DNA of 63,806 nt, the filler included, from Octopus bimaculoides (Eukaryota), in assembly GCF_001194135.2 (NCBI RefSeq). It is 5 parts of 5 records of this genome, joined end to end, with 100 filler letters (N's around TTAATTAATTAA, not from the genome) between each part and the next. Parts side by side here need not be neighbours in the genome. Positions count along the whole stretch, not along the records: positions 20,336 to 39,845 come from NC_068995.1; positions 39,946 to 60,535 come from NC_068984.1; 3 more parts are not named here. One strand, 5' to 3'. Positions within the stretch are counted from its first letter, which is position 1; the number at the start of each line of letters is the position of its first letter. Made by a program: the position numbers and the translations under genes. Shown one piece after another: positions 36,561 through 46,658 of the stretch. The notes below the pieces were generated by a model. That model was given only the letters and a program-made list of their open reading frames with translations. It searched no databases and had not been told where the DNA came from.

Positions 36561-36757
36561 CACTTCTTATAAAGAAACACTGCCTGCCCTTCCCGGCCAA
36601 AGAGGGAGACTTCCAAGAGCTGCTCATGGAAATCCCACAAAAACAGGATCACCCTAACCTCAAGGGCAAGTGTCCTCTTCTCTTCATCTACCCTCAATCT
36701 AGAGGTGCATGCTTAGTGAAGGCCCGTTCACACGGGCCATTCGCGTTACATTCACCT

Positions 36758-37214
36758 ACCAAGTCAAAACAATGTAAATGATAACATTTCCAATCAGTAA
36801 AGTCAGAAGCCATGATAACCAATGCGTGGCACTGCATCAGGGCATTTATTATTATTATTATGGGAGAAAGCAGTGCATACCATCAAAGTGACACACGAGT
36901 ACAAATATACGAAGCCCATTATACCCATCATGACTACCCATCTGATAAGGGTACACCAGGCACATGCATCACAACCATATGTGCGCGACATGGTGACCAC
37001 ATATCAAAATAAACAGCGCATGACCTCGGAGGTGGGGCTCAGTTAGAATTTTCTTCAGGTCGAGTAGCCCATCCAGCTCAAAGGTTCCTGAATAAGGTTT
37101 GTTTAAAGATGTTGAGCAAAACACCCATGTTTCCAAAAGTGAATTATTCAAACCCCAAAGAATTCCTCTCAACACATGGCTATGATGCTCCCCCACTACT
37201 TCTGCTCATGATCA
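36758..37214 (-). mobile_element. Two tandem family D copies separated by (AAT)n
   Basis: The 3' half of one copy (36861-37214) is followed by (AAT)n at 36846-36860, then the 5' start ATGCCCTGATGCAGTGCCACGC of the next copy (36845-36758). Confidence 0.85.
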
Positions 37215-37710
37215 NNNNNNNNNNNNNNNNNNNNNNNNNNNNNNNNNNNNNNNNNNNNNNNNNNNNNNNNNNNNNNNNNNNNNNNNNNNNNNNNNNNNNN
37301 NNNNNNNNNNNNNNNNNNNNNNNNNNNNNNNNNNNNNNNNNNNNNNNNNNNNNNNNNNNNNNNNNNNNNNNNNNNNNNNNNNNNNNNNNNNNNNNNNNNN
37401 NNNNNNNNNNNNNNNNNNNNNNNNNNNNNNNNNNNNNNNNNNNNNNNNNNNNNNNNNNNNNNNNNNNNNNNNNNNNNNNNNNNNNNNNNNNNNNNNNNNN
37501 NNNNNNNNNNNNNNNNNNNNNNNNNNNNNNNNNNNNNNNNNNNNNNNNNNNNNNNNNNNNNNNNNNNNNNNNNNNNNNNNNNNNNNNNNNNNNNNNNNNN
37601 NNNNNNNNNNNNNNNNNNNNNNNNNNNNNNNNNNNNNNNNNNNNNNNNNNNNNNNNNNNNNNNNNNNNNNNNNNNNNNNNNNNNNNNNNNNNNNNNNNNN
37701 NNNNNNNNNA

Positions 37711-37830
37711 ATTGTTTCAGAATCGTTTGTTTATGTAGTCGGCACTTAATGTATATCGGCTGAATGGACGTCAGTGATTGGTTGAAATTACAGAAATACG
37801 ACAACTTTAACATGGAATAACTTAGGGATT
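37711..37830 (-). mobile_element. Inverted copy of the CCAAT/CRE repeat end at 29886
   Basis: GACGTCAGTGATTGGTTGAAATTACAGAAATACGACAACTTTAACATGGAATAACTT is the reverse complement of 29895-29950. Confidence 0.75.
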
Positions 37831-37956
37831 TCTTTTTTTTTAAAGAAGACTAAGAGAAAAAGATGTTTTATATGACACATTCTACCAGTGTTCCAAGTTT
37901 CAAAGTGTTTCGTTAAGAAAATACTGTGGCTCCCGTTTTAAAATAGATCCAAACGA

Positions 37957-37960
37957 ATTA

Positions 37961-37999
<39 letters not shown>

Positions 38000-38074
38000 A
38001 TTATTATTATTTGTAGTGGTAGTAATAGTAGCAGCAACAGCAGCAGCAGCAGCAGTAGCAGTAGTAGCAGCAGC

Positions 38075-38124
<50 letters not shown>

Positions 38125-38125
38125 A
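37957..38125. repeat. (ATT)n-(GCA)n-(GTA)n compound microsatellite
   Basis: Directly visible. Confidence 0.95.
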
Positions 38126-39005
38126 GTTATACCTACAACGATTCCTTCACATAACGGAGACTTAGAAAGTAAAGCGATTTACAGACACGATAGACTTACA
38201 TGCATGTGTATATTTAGTTATGGCAATGGACTACAACAGACTGCTTTTGATGTCTCTCATCCAAGATATTCCCAGACGATGTGAACTGGGTGTTGGCGGT
38301 GGTGGCGACGGGGGATGGGAGATGGCATGGGAGATAGAACCTAACCACTGTTGTATTATCACTGTAAGAATAGATTCAAGGCCAAGGTGGTACACAAGGC
38401 TTCTTTCTTGTTCTGGAAGAAGTAACTAAGATAGGAGGTACTCTAGGGAGGTATTAATTTTAGTTCTTATTACCATCTCCAGAGCTAGTTCTCTCAATAT
38501 AAAATATAGACGCATACATAGAGGTGCAGAAGCACATACATTCATACACACACACTCACACACACATACACGCATAAACACACTCGCACACAAAGATACA
38601 TACACATGCACGCAGATACACAAACAGGAATAAATACGCACATACGTATGTGCGTATATATGTGCGTGAGTTGGCGCTTGCATATCTTAAAGATAACATT
38701 TTAGCAATGACACACACACACACATAAAATTATAAAATTAATATCGACAGCAGTGTGCAATGTTTTACCAAAAAGGAAAACTATAATCATCACTATATAT
38801 GACTAGGGTGTTAGAAACACCTACACTGCTAGAAATAAGACCTAAAATGTAGCAATGTGGGTATTTCTTTCACCCTAATCATATTTAGTGACAATTATAG
38901 TTTTGCTGTTTGATTAAACATTGCACACTGTTGTCTGTATTAATTTTATGTATACACATTAGCAATTGGCTAAATCATCCATAGATTTTATGGTGAAATC
39001 ATACA

Positions 39006-39578
39006 TACTAGGAGTGGCTGTGTGGTAAGTAGCTTGCTTACCAACCACATGGTCCCGTATTCAGTCCCACTGCCTGGCACCTTGGGCAAGTGTCTTCTTC
39101 TATAGCCTCGGGCCGACCAAAGCTTTATGAGTGGATTTGAAAGAAGGCCATTATGTTGCATGTCTCGTTTCTCTGTTTGTTTTTTTCGTTGTTCGAAAAA
39201 AAGTTCGTTTTCTGTCTTCGTCTTTGTTTCCGTTTCTCATTGTGTTAAGCGTCTTATTGCGATGTCCTGTACCCATATATGCATGTATGTATACATTTAG
39301 ATGTAGGTATATACATATATGTATGGATATATGCATATATTTATATATTATTCATGTTATTATATATATATGTTTGTGTGTCTGTGTTTGTCCCCCCAAC
39401 ATCGCTTGACAACAGATGGTGGTGTGTTTACATCCTCGTAACTTAGCGGTTCGGCAAAAGAGACCGATAATGTAAGTACTAGGCTTGCAAAGAATAAGTC
39501 ATGGGGTCGATTTGCTCGACTAAAGGCGGTGCTCCAGCTTGGCCGCAGTCAAATGACTGAAACAAATAAACGGATGAA
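39006..39578 (+). mobile_element. Full-length family A SINE with internal insertion and microsatellite
   Basis: Head and CORE-like motif at 39006-39150, a T-rich insert at about 39155-39270, a (TA/TG) tract, and the tail to GACTGAAACAAATAAA. Confidence 0.88.
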
Positions 39579-39610
39579 ACAATACTGACAAAGAACTCGC
39601 TGAAGTCGAG

Positions 39611-39655
39611 CCAGTTTTTACTGATGAGGCAACGGAAGCTGCCGAAAATGACTGG
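39611..39655 (+). ncRNA. Hammerhead-like core with strong stem II, lacking one helix
   Basis: CCAGTTTTTA-CTGATGA-GGCAAC-GGAA-GCTGCC-GAAA-ATGACTGG. Confidence 0.35.
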
Positions 39656-39804
39656 TAAGGATGGGAGATTCTCGATCGGTGTATCTGGGCGATTATAGTC
39701 CCTGACAGTATACTTTGACTACAGTATTAGAGCATTTTAGCTCTTATTTCTGGCAATGTAGGTGTTTCTAACATCTTAGTCATATTTCGTGACAACTATA
39801 TATA

Positions 39805-39845
<41 letters not shown>

Positions 39846-39979
39846 NNNNNNNNNNNNNNNNNNNNNNNNNNNNNNNNNNNNNNNNNNNNTTAATTAATTA
39901 ANNNNNNNNNNNNNNNNNNNNNNNNNNNNNNNNNNNNNNNNNNNNTATATATATGTTTGTGTGTATATGTGTGTACCTT

Positions 39980-40195
39980 TGTGTGTGTGTTTGTCACCTC
40001 ATCATTTACAAAGTGGTGTTAGTTTGTTTCCGTACTTTCAACTTATTGGTTCGACAAAGAAGAACGATAGCATAAGTATCTTCCTTGAATTGAAAGAACG
40101 TTAGTACATGAAGCGATGTGCTCGACTAAGACCTTTGAAGGCCGTGCCTCAACATGGCCGCAGTCGAATGATTAAAGTAAGTGCAATATAAAAGA
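39980..40195 (+). mobile_element. Degenerate family A SINE tail
   Basis: GGTTCGACAAAGAAGAACGATAGCATAAGTA..CAACATGGCCGCAGTCGAATGATTAAAGTAAG. Confidence 0.65.
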
Positions 40196-40624
40196 TAACC
40201 TCGAATCACGGTAGGCATTCCCAAACTTCATGAGTAGTCTACAATCCGGATCCTTTGGAAATAGCTGCGTGCGTTGACACAAATTTATAATTTACTATAT
40301 TAAAATGAGATATGACATACTTCAATGACAACATCGACATCGCCTTAAACTTTACACTGTCCTGCGTATCACCTGCGATACACACGACATATTTCTCTGC
40401 TGTCCATCCATGCATCGTATATGACATACATTGCCAATTTGGTACTTATGAAAGGTAAGCTTTATATTACAAAGTACGCATGAAACAAAAGTAAGTGTAA
40501 GTTTGAAAAGAATGGGTGTTTAGGAAAAAAATTATATCAAAAATGCTTTGGACAGGCAAAGGTTTAAGCAAAGGTGATAATGATGGACGCTTTTCACCAC
40601 TAAAGATGAAAATTGTTTGCCATT

Positions 40625-40966
40625 ATTACCTCTGCTTTCGCTAAAGCCGAGGTATTGTTTTCAGTCGCGTTTGTTCGTTTGTTTGTCCGTGGACAATATA
40701 TCTCAAAAACCGTGGGATGGATTCGGATAAAACTTGTAGGGATATTTGGCCTTGTGACTGGCACGAACTGATTAGATTTTGGGATCGATCTGGTACCGGA
40801 TAAGGATTCTGGTTTATTTATTTATTATTTTTTTTTTTTACTTAATTTTTGAGAGCGGTCGGGTTCATTTCAGATATTCTCATTTTAAAAATTATCTCCG
40901 GCTATTCGTTGAGAGGACATTGGTGTTGACTTGGCGGAGGTTTGAGCTTTCTGAGAGCTCTTGATT
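40625..40966 (+). mobile_element. Helentron-associated interspersed element (HINE/DINE-1-like)
   Basis: 5' ATTACCTCTGC..AAAGCCGAGGT subTIR/IR, then (GTTT)n, a core ATATCTCAAAAACCGTGGGATGGATT, the 3' subTIR TTGGCGGAGGT and terminal hairpin GAGCT-TTCTGAG-AGCTC, in T-rich flanks. Confidence 0.8.
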
Positions 40967-41324
40967 TCATTATATTTGCTTGCCTCACGGAAGGTAGTCG
41001 TGCCTTAGTAAGTTATTAGCAATGCACAGGCGCAACGTCTGTACTTAGAGTATTGATGTATTTGTTGATTTATGAGTAGCGACAATGGGTTTTCGTGTAG
41101 TTGTGAATTACATTTATTTAATGAAGAAATTAATTTCCTGAAACTAATGTTGCTCACTTGTTTCTAACACTCATATCCGTCTCCATTACTTGGGGGTCAA
41201 TTTCAACATTTCTTTGTTGAACCACAGTTAAAAGATTATTTTTTCGATAAAAATCCAAAGAATAAAATGGCGTTTCTTGAAGTGATGAAATTAGTATATA
41301 TAATATTAATAATAACAAGACTTT

Positions 41325-41770
41325 CTGCTATAAGCACAAGGCCTGAAATTTTGTGGAAGGGTGCTGGTTTGCCTACATTGAGCCCGGTATGCGACTGGTA
41401 CTTATTTTATCAACCTTAAAAGGATAAAAAGCAAATTGGACCTCGGCAGCATTTGAACACAGAACTGGAAGAAATGCCGCGAAGCAATTTGTCCGGCACG
41501 GGAACGATTCTGATCGCTCGCTGCCTTAACAATAACAACAATAACAACAATACTGGTTTCAAATTTTGGCACAAGGCCAACAATTTAGGGTAGGAGTATG
41601 CGTCGAATACGTCTACCCTAGTACTCAACTGGTACCTATTTTATCGACCCAGAAAGGATGAAAGGCAAAGCCGATCTCGGCGGAATTTGAACTCAGAACG
41701 TAAAAACGAAATAAATGCTGCTAAGCACGTTGTCCAGCGTGTTAACAATTCTGCCGGCTCACTGCCTTAA
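41325..41770 (-). mobile_element. Two tandem family B SINEs (41325-41530, 41555-41770)
   Basis: Both carry tail, core and head. They are separated by (AAC/AAT)n and followed by (AAT)n. Confidence 0.85.
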
Positions 41771-41771
41771 G

Positions 41772-41837
<66 letters not shown>

Positions 41838-41876
41838 TGATGATAATAATAATAATAACAATTATTATTATTATTA

Positions 41877-42958
41877 TTCAAAAGCCGCCAACTAAAAGTC
41901 AACCACTTGTTGTTTATAGATGACCTCAAACTTTATGGTAAAGATGATGCCCAAGTCAGCTCCCTCGCTGATACGGTGTATACTTTCAGTGCTGATATCA
42001 GAATGGAGCTCGGACTGTAAAAGTGTGGTGTGTTAGTCTTGAAGAGAGGCAAAATCAAAATGTATGGACAGGCTAACGATACTGTCGGGGGAAGTTATGA
42101 AGCTGAGAGAAGAGACGGGCTATAAGTAATTGGGGGATATTGGAAATGGATAAATTGATGGAGAAAGAAATGACAAAAATATTTAAGGTGGAGTACTTGC
42201 GCAGACTGAGACTGAAACTTAAGCTGAAATTAAACGGACGGAATAAGATCGAAGCTATCAACACCTGGGCGGTTTCACTCGTTAGATATGGAGCAGGGGT
42301 AATCGCATGGACAGTAGACAAACTAAACAGCTTAGATGGAAAGACAAGGAAGTTGCTGACTAGATATGAGATACTCCAGCCAAAAATGACAGACAGACCG
42401 TAGGTACCAAGAAAAAGCGGAGGGGGGGGATTGATTGGATGTCAACACAGCATTAAACCAGAAGAAAACAACATAGCATGGTATATCAAAATGCCACAGG
42501 ACCACTATTATTGGAAGTAAGCAGGTCAGGCTTGTGTAGGATGGAAGATTGCAAAGATAAAGCACTGTACAAGCACTTGAGAATGAATGAAACTGAAAAT
42601 AGGTGGATAAAGAAAAGAATGCATGGACAGTTTCGTAGGGATGTTGAAGATAAGACAGGCAGAGAAAAAATATGGCTATTGAAGGCTAAAAGTGATTTAA
42701 AACCGGAAACGAAGATTCTAATCGGAAACGAAGGCCCATAATTATCGGAGCCCTGGGAACAGTGCGTAAAAATGTTGAGAAGTACATGGATCAAATAGGG
42801 ACTGCAATAAGGGTGGACCACTTGTAGAAAACAACACTGCTTGGAACCGCTCGAATACTCCGGATGGTGCTCGAAAAATGAGGTGTGTTACCTTAGCTCA
42901 CTGGTAGTGAACAGCTGACACCGTAGTACATCTCCAGCATTAGAAACTGTGCAAAGGC
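41877..42958 (+). mobile_element. 5'-truncated, internally deleted R4/Dong-like element between (AAT)n tracts
   Basis: VNHLLFIDDLKLYGK; KLNGRNKIEAINTWAVSLVRYGAG; KKRMHGQFRRD; then a jump to IIGALGTVRKNVEKYMDQIG..TTLLGTARILRMVLEK*. The 3' UTR ends GTGCAAAGGC(AAT)n. Confidence 0.92.
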
Positions 42959-43024
<66 letters not shown>

Positions 43025-43039
43025 AATGCAGTACCAGAC

Positions 43040-43256
43040 ATGTCCTGATACAGTACCAGGCAGTGGCTCGCGTCGCTTTTGATCTTAAATGATTGGAAGT
43101 GTTCTCATGTACATTGTTTTGTCTTGGTGTAAAACATGGGCTACAGCAAATATTCTGTTCAATATCACAGATTTGCTTGTCAGTTGTTTGATCTTTACTA
43201 GTTGAGCAAGTCCCTCGGTGGCTGACGATATCTCCATCTCTGATCACGAGCAGAAG
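43040..43256 (+). mobile_element. Family D copy (5' part) inserted in the (AAT)n tail of the R4 copy
   Basis: ATGTCCTGATACAGTACCAGGCAGTGGC... has the same start as the copy at 36845. Confidence 0.85.
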
Positions 43257-43514
43257 ACGTACCAATCAAATGCTAGTGTCAACGTAAGTGGCCAGCATCC
43301 TCATTCTAACATTATAGGCTTTTGTGTCCTGCATGGCGTGTCTCCTAGTTAAATAAATCCTTTAAATGTTATTTTTAATACTGCTCTCTAAACTTCAAAG
43401 TCAAACATTTTAGTGATGATAATTTTTTCTTTTTTTGAAGGAATTTAGTCTTCCTGATCGTCCTGTAAAAACTGAGCAGATTTACTAAGTGGTAAAATGT
43501 AATAATGTTTTCTA

Positions 43515-43925
43515 CCCTAGACACGAGGCCAGCATCTTTAAGAGGCGTTGAGGTCGACTTCATTGACCCCAGTGCTCAACTGCTACTCATTTTGTCGATT
43601 CTGAAATACAAATTTGACCCAAATTGCTTTTCATCTCAGAACGTAAAGACGGATGAAATGCTACTAAGCATTTTGTCCGACACGGTTACGATTCTACCAG
43701 CTTGCCGCACTGTAAAATATAATGATCCTTTATATTCAAGGCCTCATTTTGTGGGAAAGGGCTGCCCACCCCAATGCTCAATTCGTACTTATTTTATCGA
43801 CCCCGAAAAAATGAAAAGCAAAGTCGACCGCGGCAGAAATTTGAACTCAAAACGTAAAAACAGATAAAATGGTTAGCAGCACTCTGTCCGGCACGGTAAC
43901 CACTCTACCTGCTGGCCGCACTGTA
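43515..43925 (-). mobile_element. Two tandem family B SINEs
   Basis: Cores at about 43555-43640 and 43785-43855, each followed by a head ending CCGCACTGTAAA. Confidence 0.8.
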
Positions 43926-45469
43926 AACTGTAATAATATTCGTAAACACTTTTCAAGCTCTGCAGACTAAAGTCTAATTGTCTTGTAACTGCCGGGGAAA
44001 TAAACGAATTTCTCAGTCTTGAAATAAGTAAATGTTTCCGATTATTGATTAAATGTAGTAATTATCCAACAATAATAAACGAACGGTTGATTTTTCACGA
44101 AGAATAGATATTTTAGTTCGGTAGGAAAATCAAATTAGATTCGAACCTACAGTACATAATATTAATTGTCTTAAAATCAATACAACGTGAACGAACAGCT
44201 ATGAAATAAATTCTTTGAATATTGTTGAGATAGGTGCGACAAGGATTATTGGAATGGCACTTATTTGATATTTTACTTGTTTTTCTTCCGTCTCAGTGCT
44301 AATCAACCATTTATCATTGATTTTGCACAATTTCAGGTTTTTCGTGAAGCTTCATCAGATTTGTAATATTTTAGAATAGTTCTCTAATGATAACTTCAAA
44401 AGAATTCAACGGCATTATTACTTCTATGTTTCGTCTGAAGCAGCTGTCGTTTTCTTTTTAAGCAAATATTATAAACTTCAGATAACTGAAAGGACGACTG
44501 TTGAAAATAAAGAGTTTTCCTAACTTCTGTTTGAATTACTTCGCTATTAACTTAATCTAATCAATAATAAAGATGTCTACATAATTTATTGAAAAATCAA
44601 GTTAATTTATTGAAAAAAAAAAAAAATTAAATCAATAAATCGTATAGACGTCTGTATTTAACAAAGACAGCAGATCTTTCGTCTGCTAGAGCAACGTAAG
44701 AATAAACAGAGATATTCAAGAACTGATAGAGAACATTTTAATGTAGTTCAAGTGTAATATATTTGACTACTGAAGCAGACAATTCCTTTTATCTCTAAAC
44801 TTTTCTCTTTGGAGTTATAGAGGTATAACACATTATTTTATATACACTAGAAATGACGAAGATTGCATATATTTAGAACACCTTATATTGTTGTCCATTT
44901 TGCAGCTTTTCTTTACGTCTAGAAGTATCATTTTATTAAATGATGTAGATTTACTGAAGTCTGTTTGGTATAGACTTAATACGTTTATTTGATAGTGAAT
45001 AAATTTTGCCTTTAAACCTACAGCTAAGATTAAATGATTTCACAGTTATAATCGATTTAATATGGATACGAACTCTTGGGTATGTAATTTCTTCTTGTCA
45101 CACAAACATAGACCTAATGGTGAGCTACTGCTGAGTGACTCTGCTACATGTTGCTTTGCTCTCCTCTATCAGGCCCCACATCTAGAAGTGTCATTATTCC
45201 CATATGTAGAACTAGAGGCCAGACACGTTGAGGAATATCATTGTCCAAGTTGTGGAATATTCAGCGTTGCATGATGTGATTGCACGAACAAATCTGTATC
45301 TGGAAAATTTAAAGTCTTTGTCATTAAAGTTTTAGCAAAGATGGCAAAATATTGAACATATTTGAGAAAAAAGTTTGATCTTTAAATCCGATTCGAAGAT
45401 GTGAGGTAATATCGTAAGCTTCGTTCACTTGCAGCTATCCCAAACGTGATCATCCAGCCAAAGTTCAAA

Positions 45470-46320
45470 CTTTATATGTCCGCAGGACTTTTGAAAACGT
45501 GTGTAGTAACAGATCTTCAGTTGTGTCAATTGATAATATACCTTTCAAATCTCTTATAGGCGACAATATTCTGATACATCCGCTCATTTCCTTCAGGTAG
45601 TTCAGATGTTTTCACACACACACACACACGCGCTCGCGCGCGCGCTATGTCGGTTTTCATGCATGTTCTTTCGCTTTTATTCAGCACAACAGTGGAGGCG
45701 CAATGGCCCAGTGATTAGAGCAGCGGTCTCGCGGTCGTAGGATCGCGGTTTCAATTCCCAGACCGGGTGTTGTGAGTGTTTATTGAGCGAAAACACCTAA
45801 AGCTCCACGAGGCGCCTGCAGGGGATAGTGGTGAACCTTGCTGTACTCTTTCACCACAACTTTCTCTCACTCTTACTTCCTGTTTCTGTTGTGTCTGTAA
45901 TTCAAAGGGGTCAACCTTGTCACACTGTGTCACGCTGAATATCCCCGAGAACTATGTTAAGGGTACACGTGTCTGTGGAGTGCTCAGCCACTTGCACATT
46001 AATTTCACGAGCAGGCTGTTCCGTTGATCGGATCAACTGGAACCCTCGACGTCGTAAGCGACGGAGTGCCAACAACATTCACCACAACAATATGCGGTTT
46101 TCGATGCCTGGTCAGGTGATCGTACTTGATCATTGTATCCCACAGGACTTTGCAATTCTCGTTATCGGTAAGTCCTTCTGGGATTTCCTCATACCACGTC
46201 CTAGCACTTTGTAGGCCGTGATTTACACACAGCCCCCAATGGATCATTCTTGCCACATTGTCATCGCGTCTTTTATATTCGCGTTGTCGCAATTTCCACA
46301 TGAGGTTAATTGTGTTCGTA
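45470..46320 (-). mobile_element. Degenerate R4-like RLE fragment interrupted by a SINE
   Basis: QREYKRRDDNVARMIHWGLC..WYEEIPEGLTDNENCKVLWD..RHRKPHIVV, resuming after the SINE as VVLNKSERTCMKTDIA. Confidence 0.8.
45692..46077 (+). mobile_element. Full-length tRNA-derived SINE (family E) with 12-bp TSD
   Basis: GGCGCAATGGCCCAGTG (A box), GGTTTCAATTCC (B box), tail GGAGTGCCAACAACA. TSD TTCAGCACAACA (45680) / TTCACCACAACA (46078). Confidence 0.9.
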
Positions 46321-46451
46321 AGAAGTCTATGCTATCTGTTCTTTTGATATGTTATAAACATTGCCAGTTTTGTTGGGAAATTCTGTAGAATATAGATGTA
46401 TTGTCTACAAACATTTTTCTCTTTTCGTGTTTTATAATGAAAAATATTCTA

Positions 46452-46658
46452 CAGGGTGACCACAAAGTCTGGGTACATGGGGATTAACACATACTTTAAG
46501 AAATTATTATTTCTTATATTTAATTATGTTATGATTTTATTTACCCCATGACTCACATAAGGATTAACACATACTTTAAGAAATTACTATTTCTTATATT
46601 TAATTGTTTACGTTATGATTTTATTTACTCCATGTACCCAGACCTTGTTGACACCCTG
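46452..46658. mobile_element. Tc1/mariner-type MITE
   Basis: TA-flanked TIRs CAGGGTGACCACAAAGTCTGGGTACATGG / CCATGTACCCAGACCTTGTTGACACCCTG, with an internal ~65-bp direct duplication. Confidence 0.88.

Noticed and set aside
36721-36738. GC hairpin GGCCCG-TTCACA-CGGGCC as a Helitron 3' end or terminator
   Set aside because: No CTRR terminus follows, and intrinsic terminators are not relevant in this eukaryotic context.
40239-40457. Open frames on both strands ending at AAG|GTAAGC
   Set aside because: No good acceptor, no recognisable motif, and the length is attainable by chance.
44318-44365. Minus-strand CTGATGA-AGCTTCAC-GAAA hammerhead-like core
   Set aside because: There is no valid stem III or NUH site, and stem I is imperfect. 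This is within chance expectation.
45692-45770. tRNA gene
   Set aside because: A and B boxes are present, but there is no closing acceptor stem, and it continues into a SINE body with a tail and TSD.
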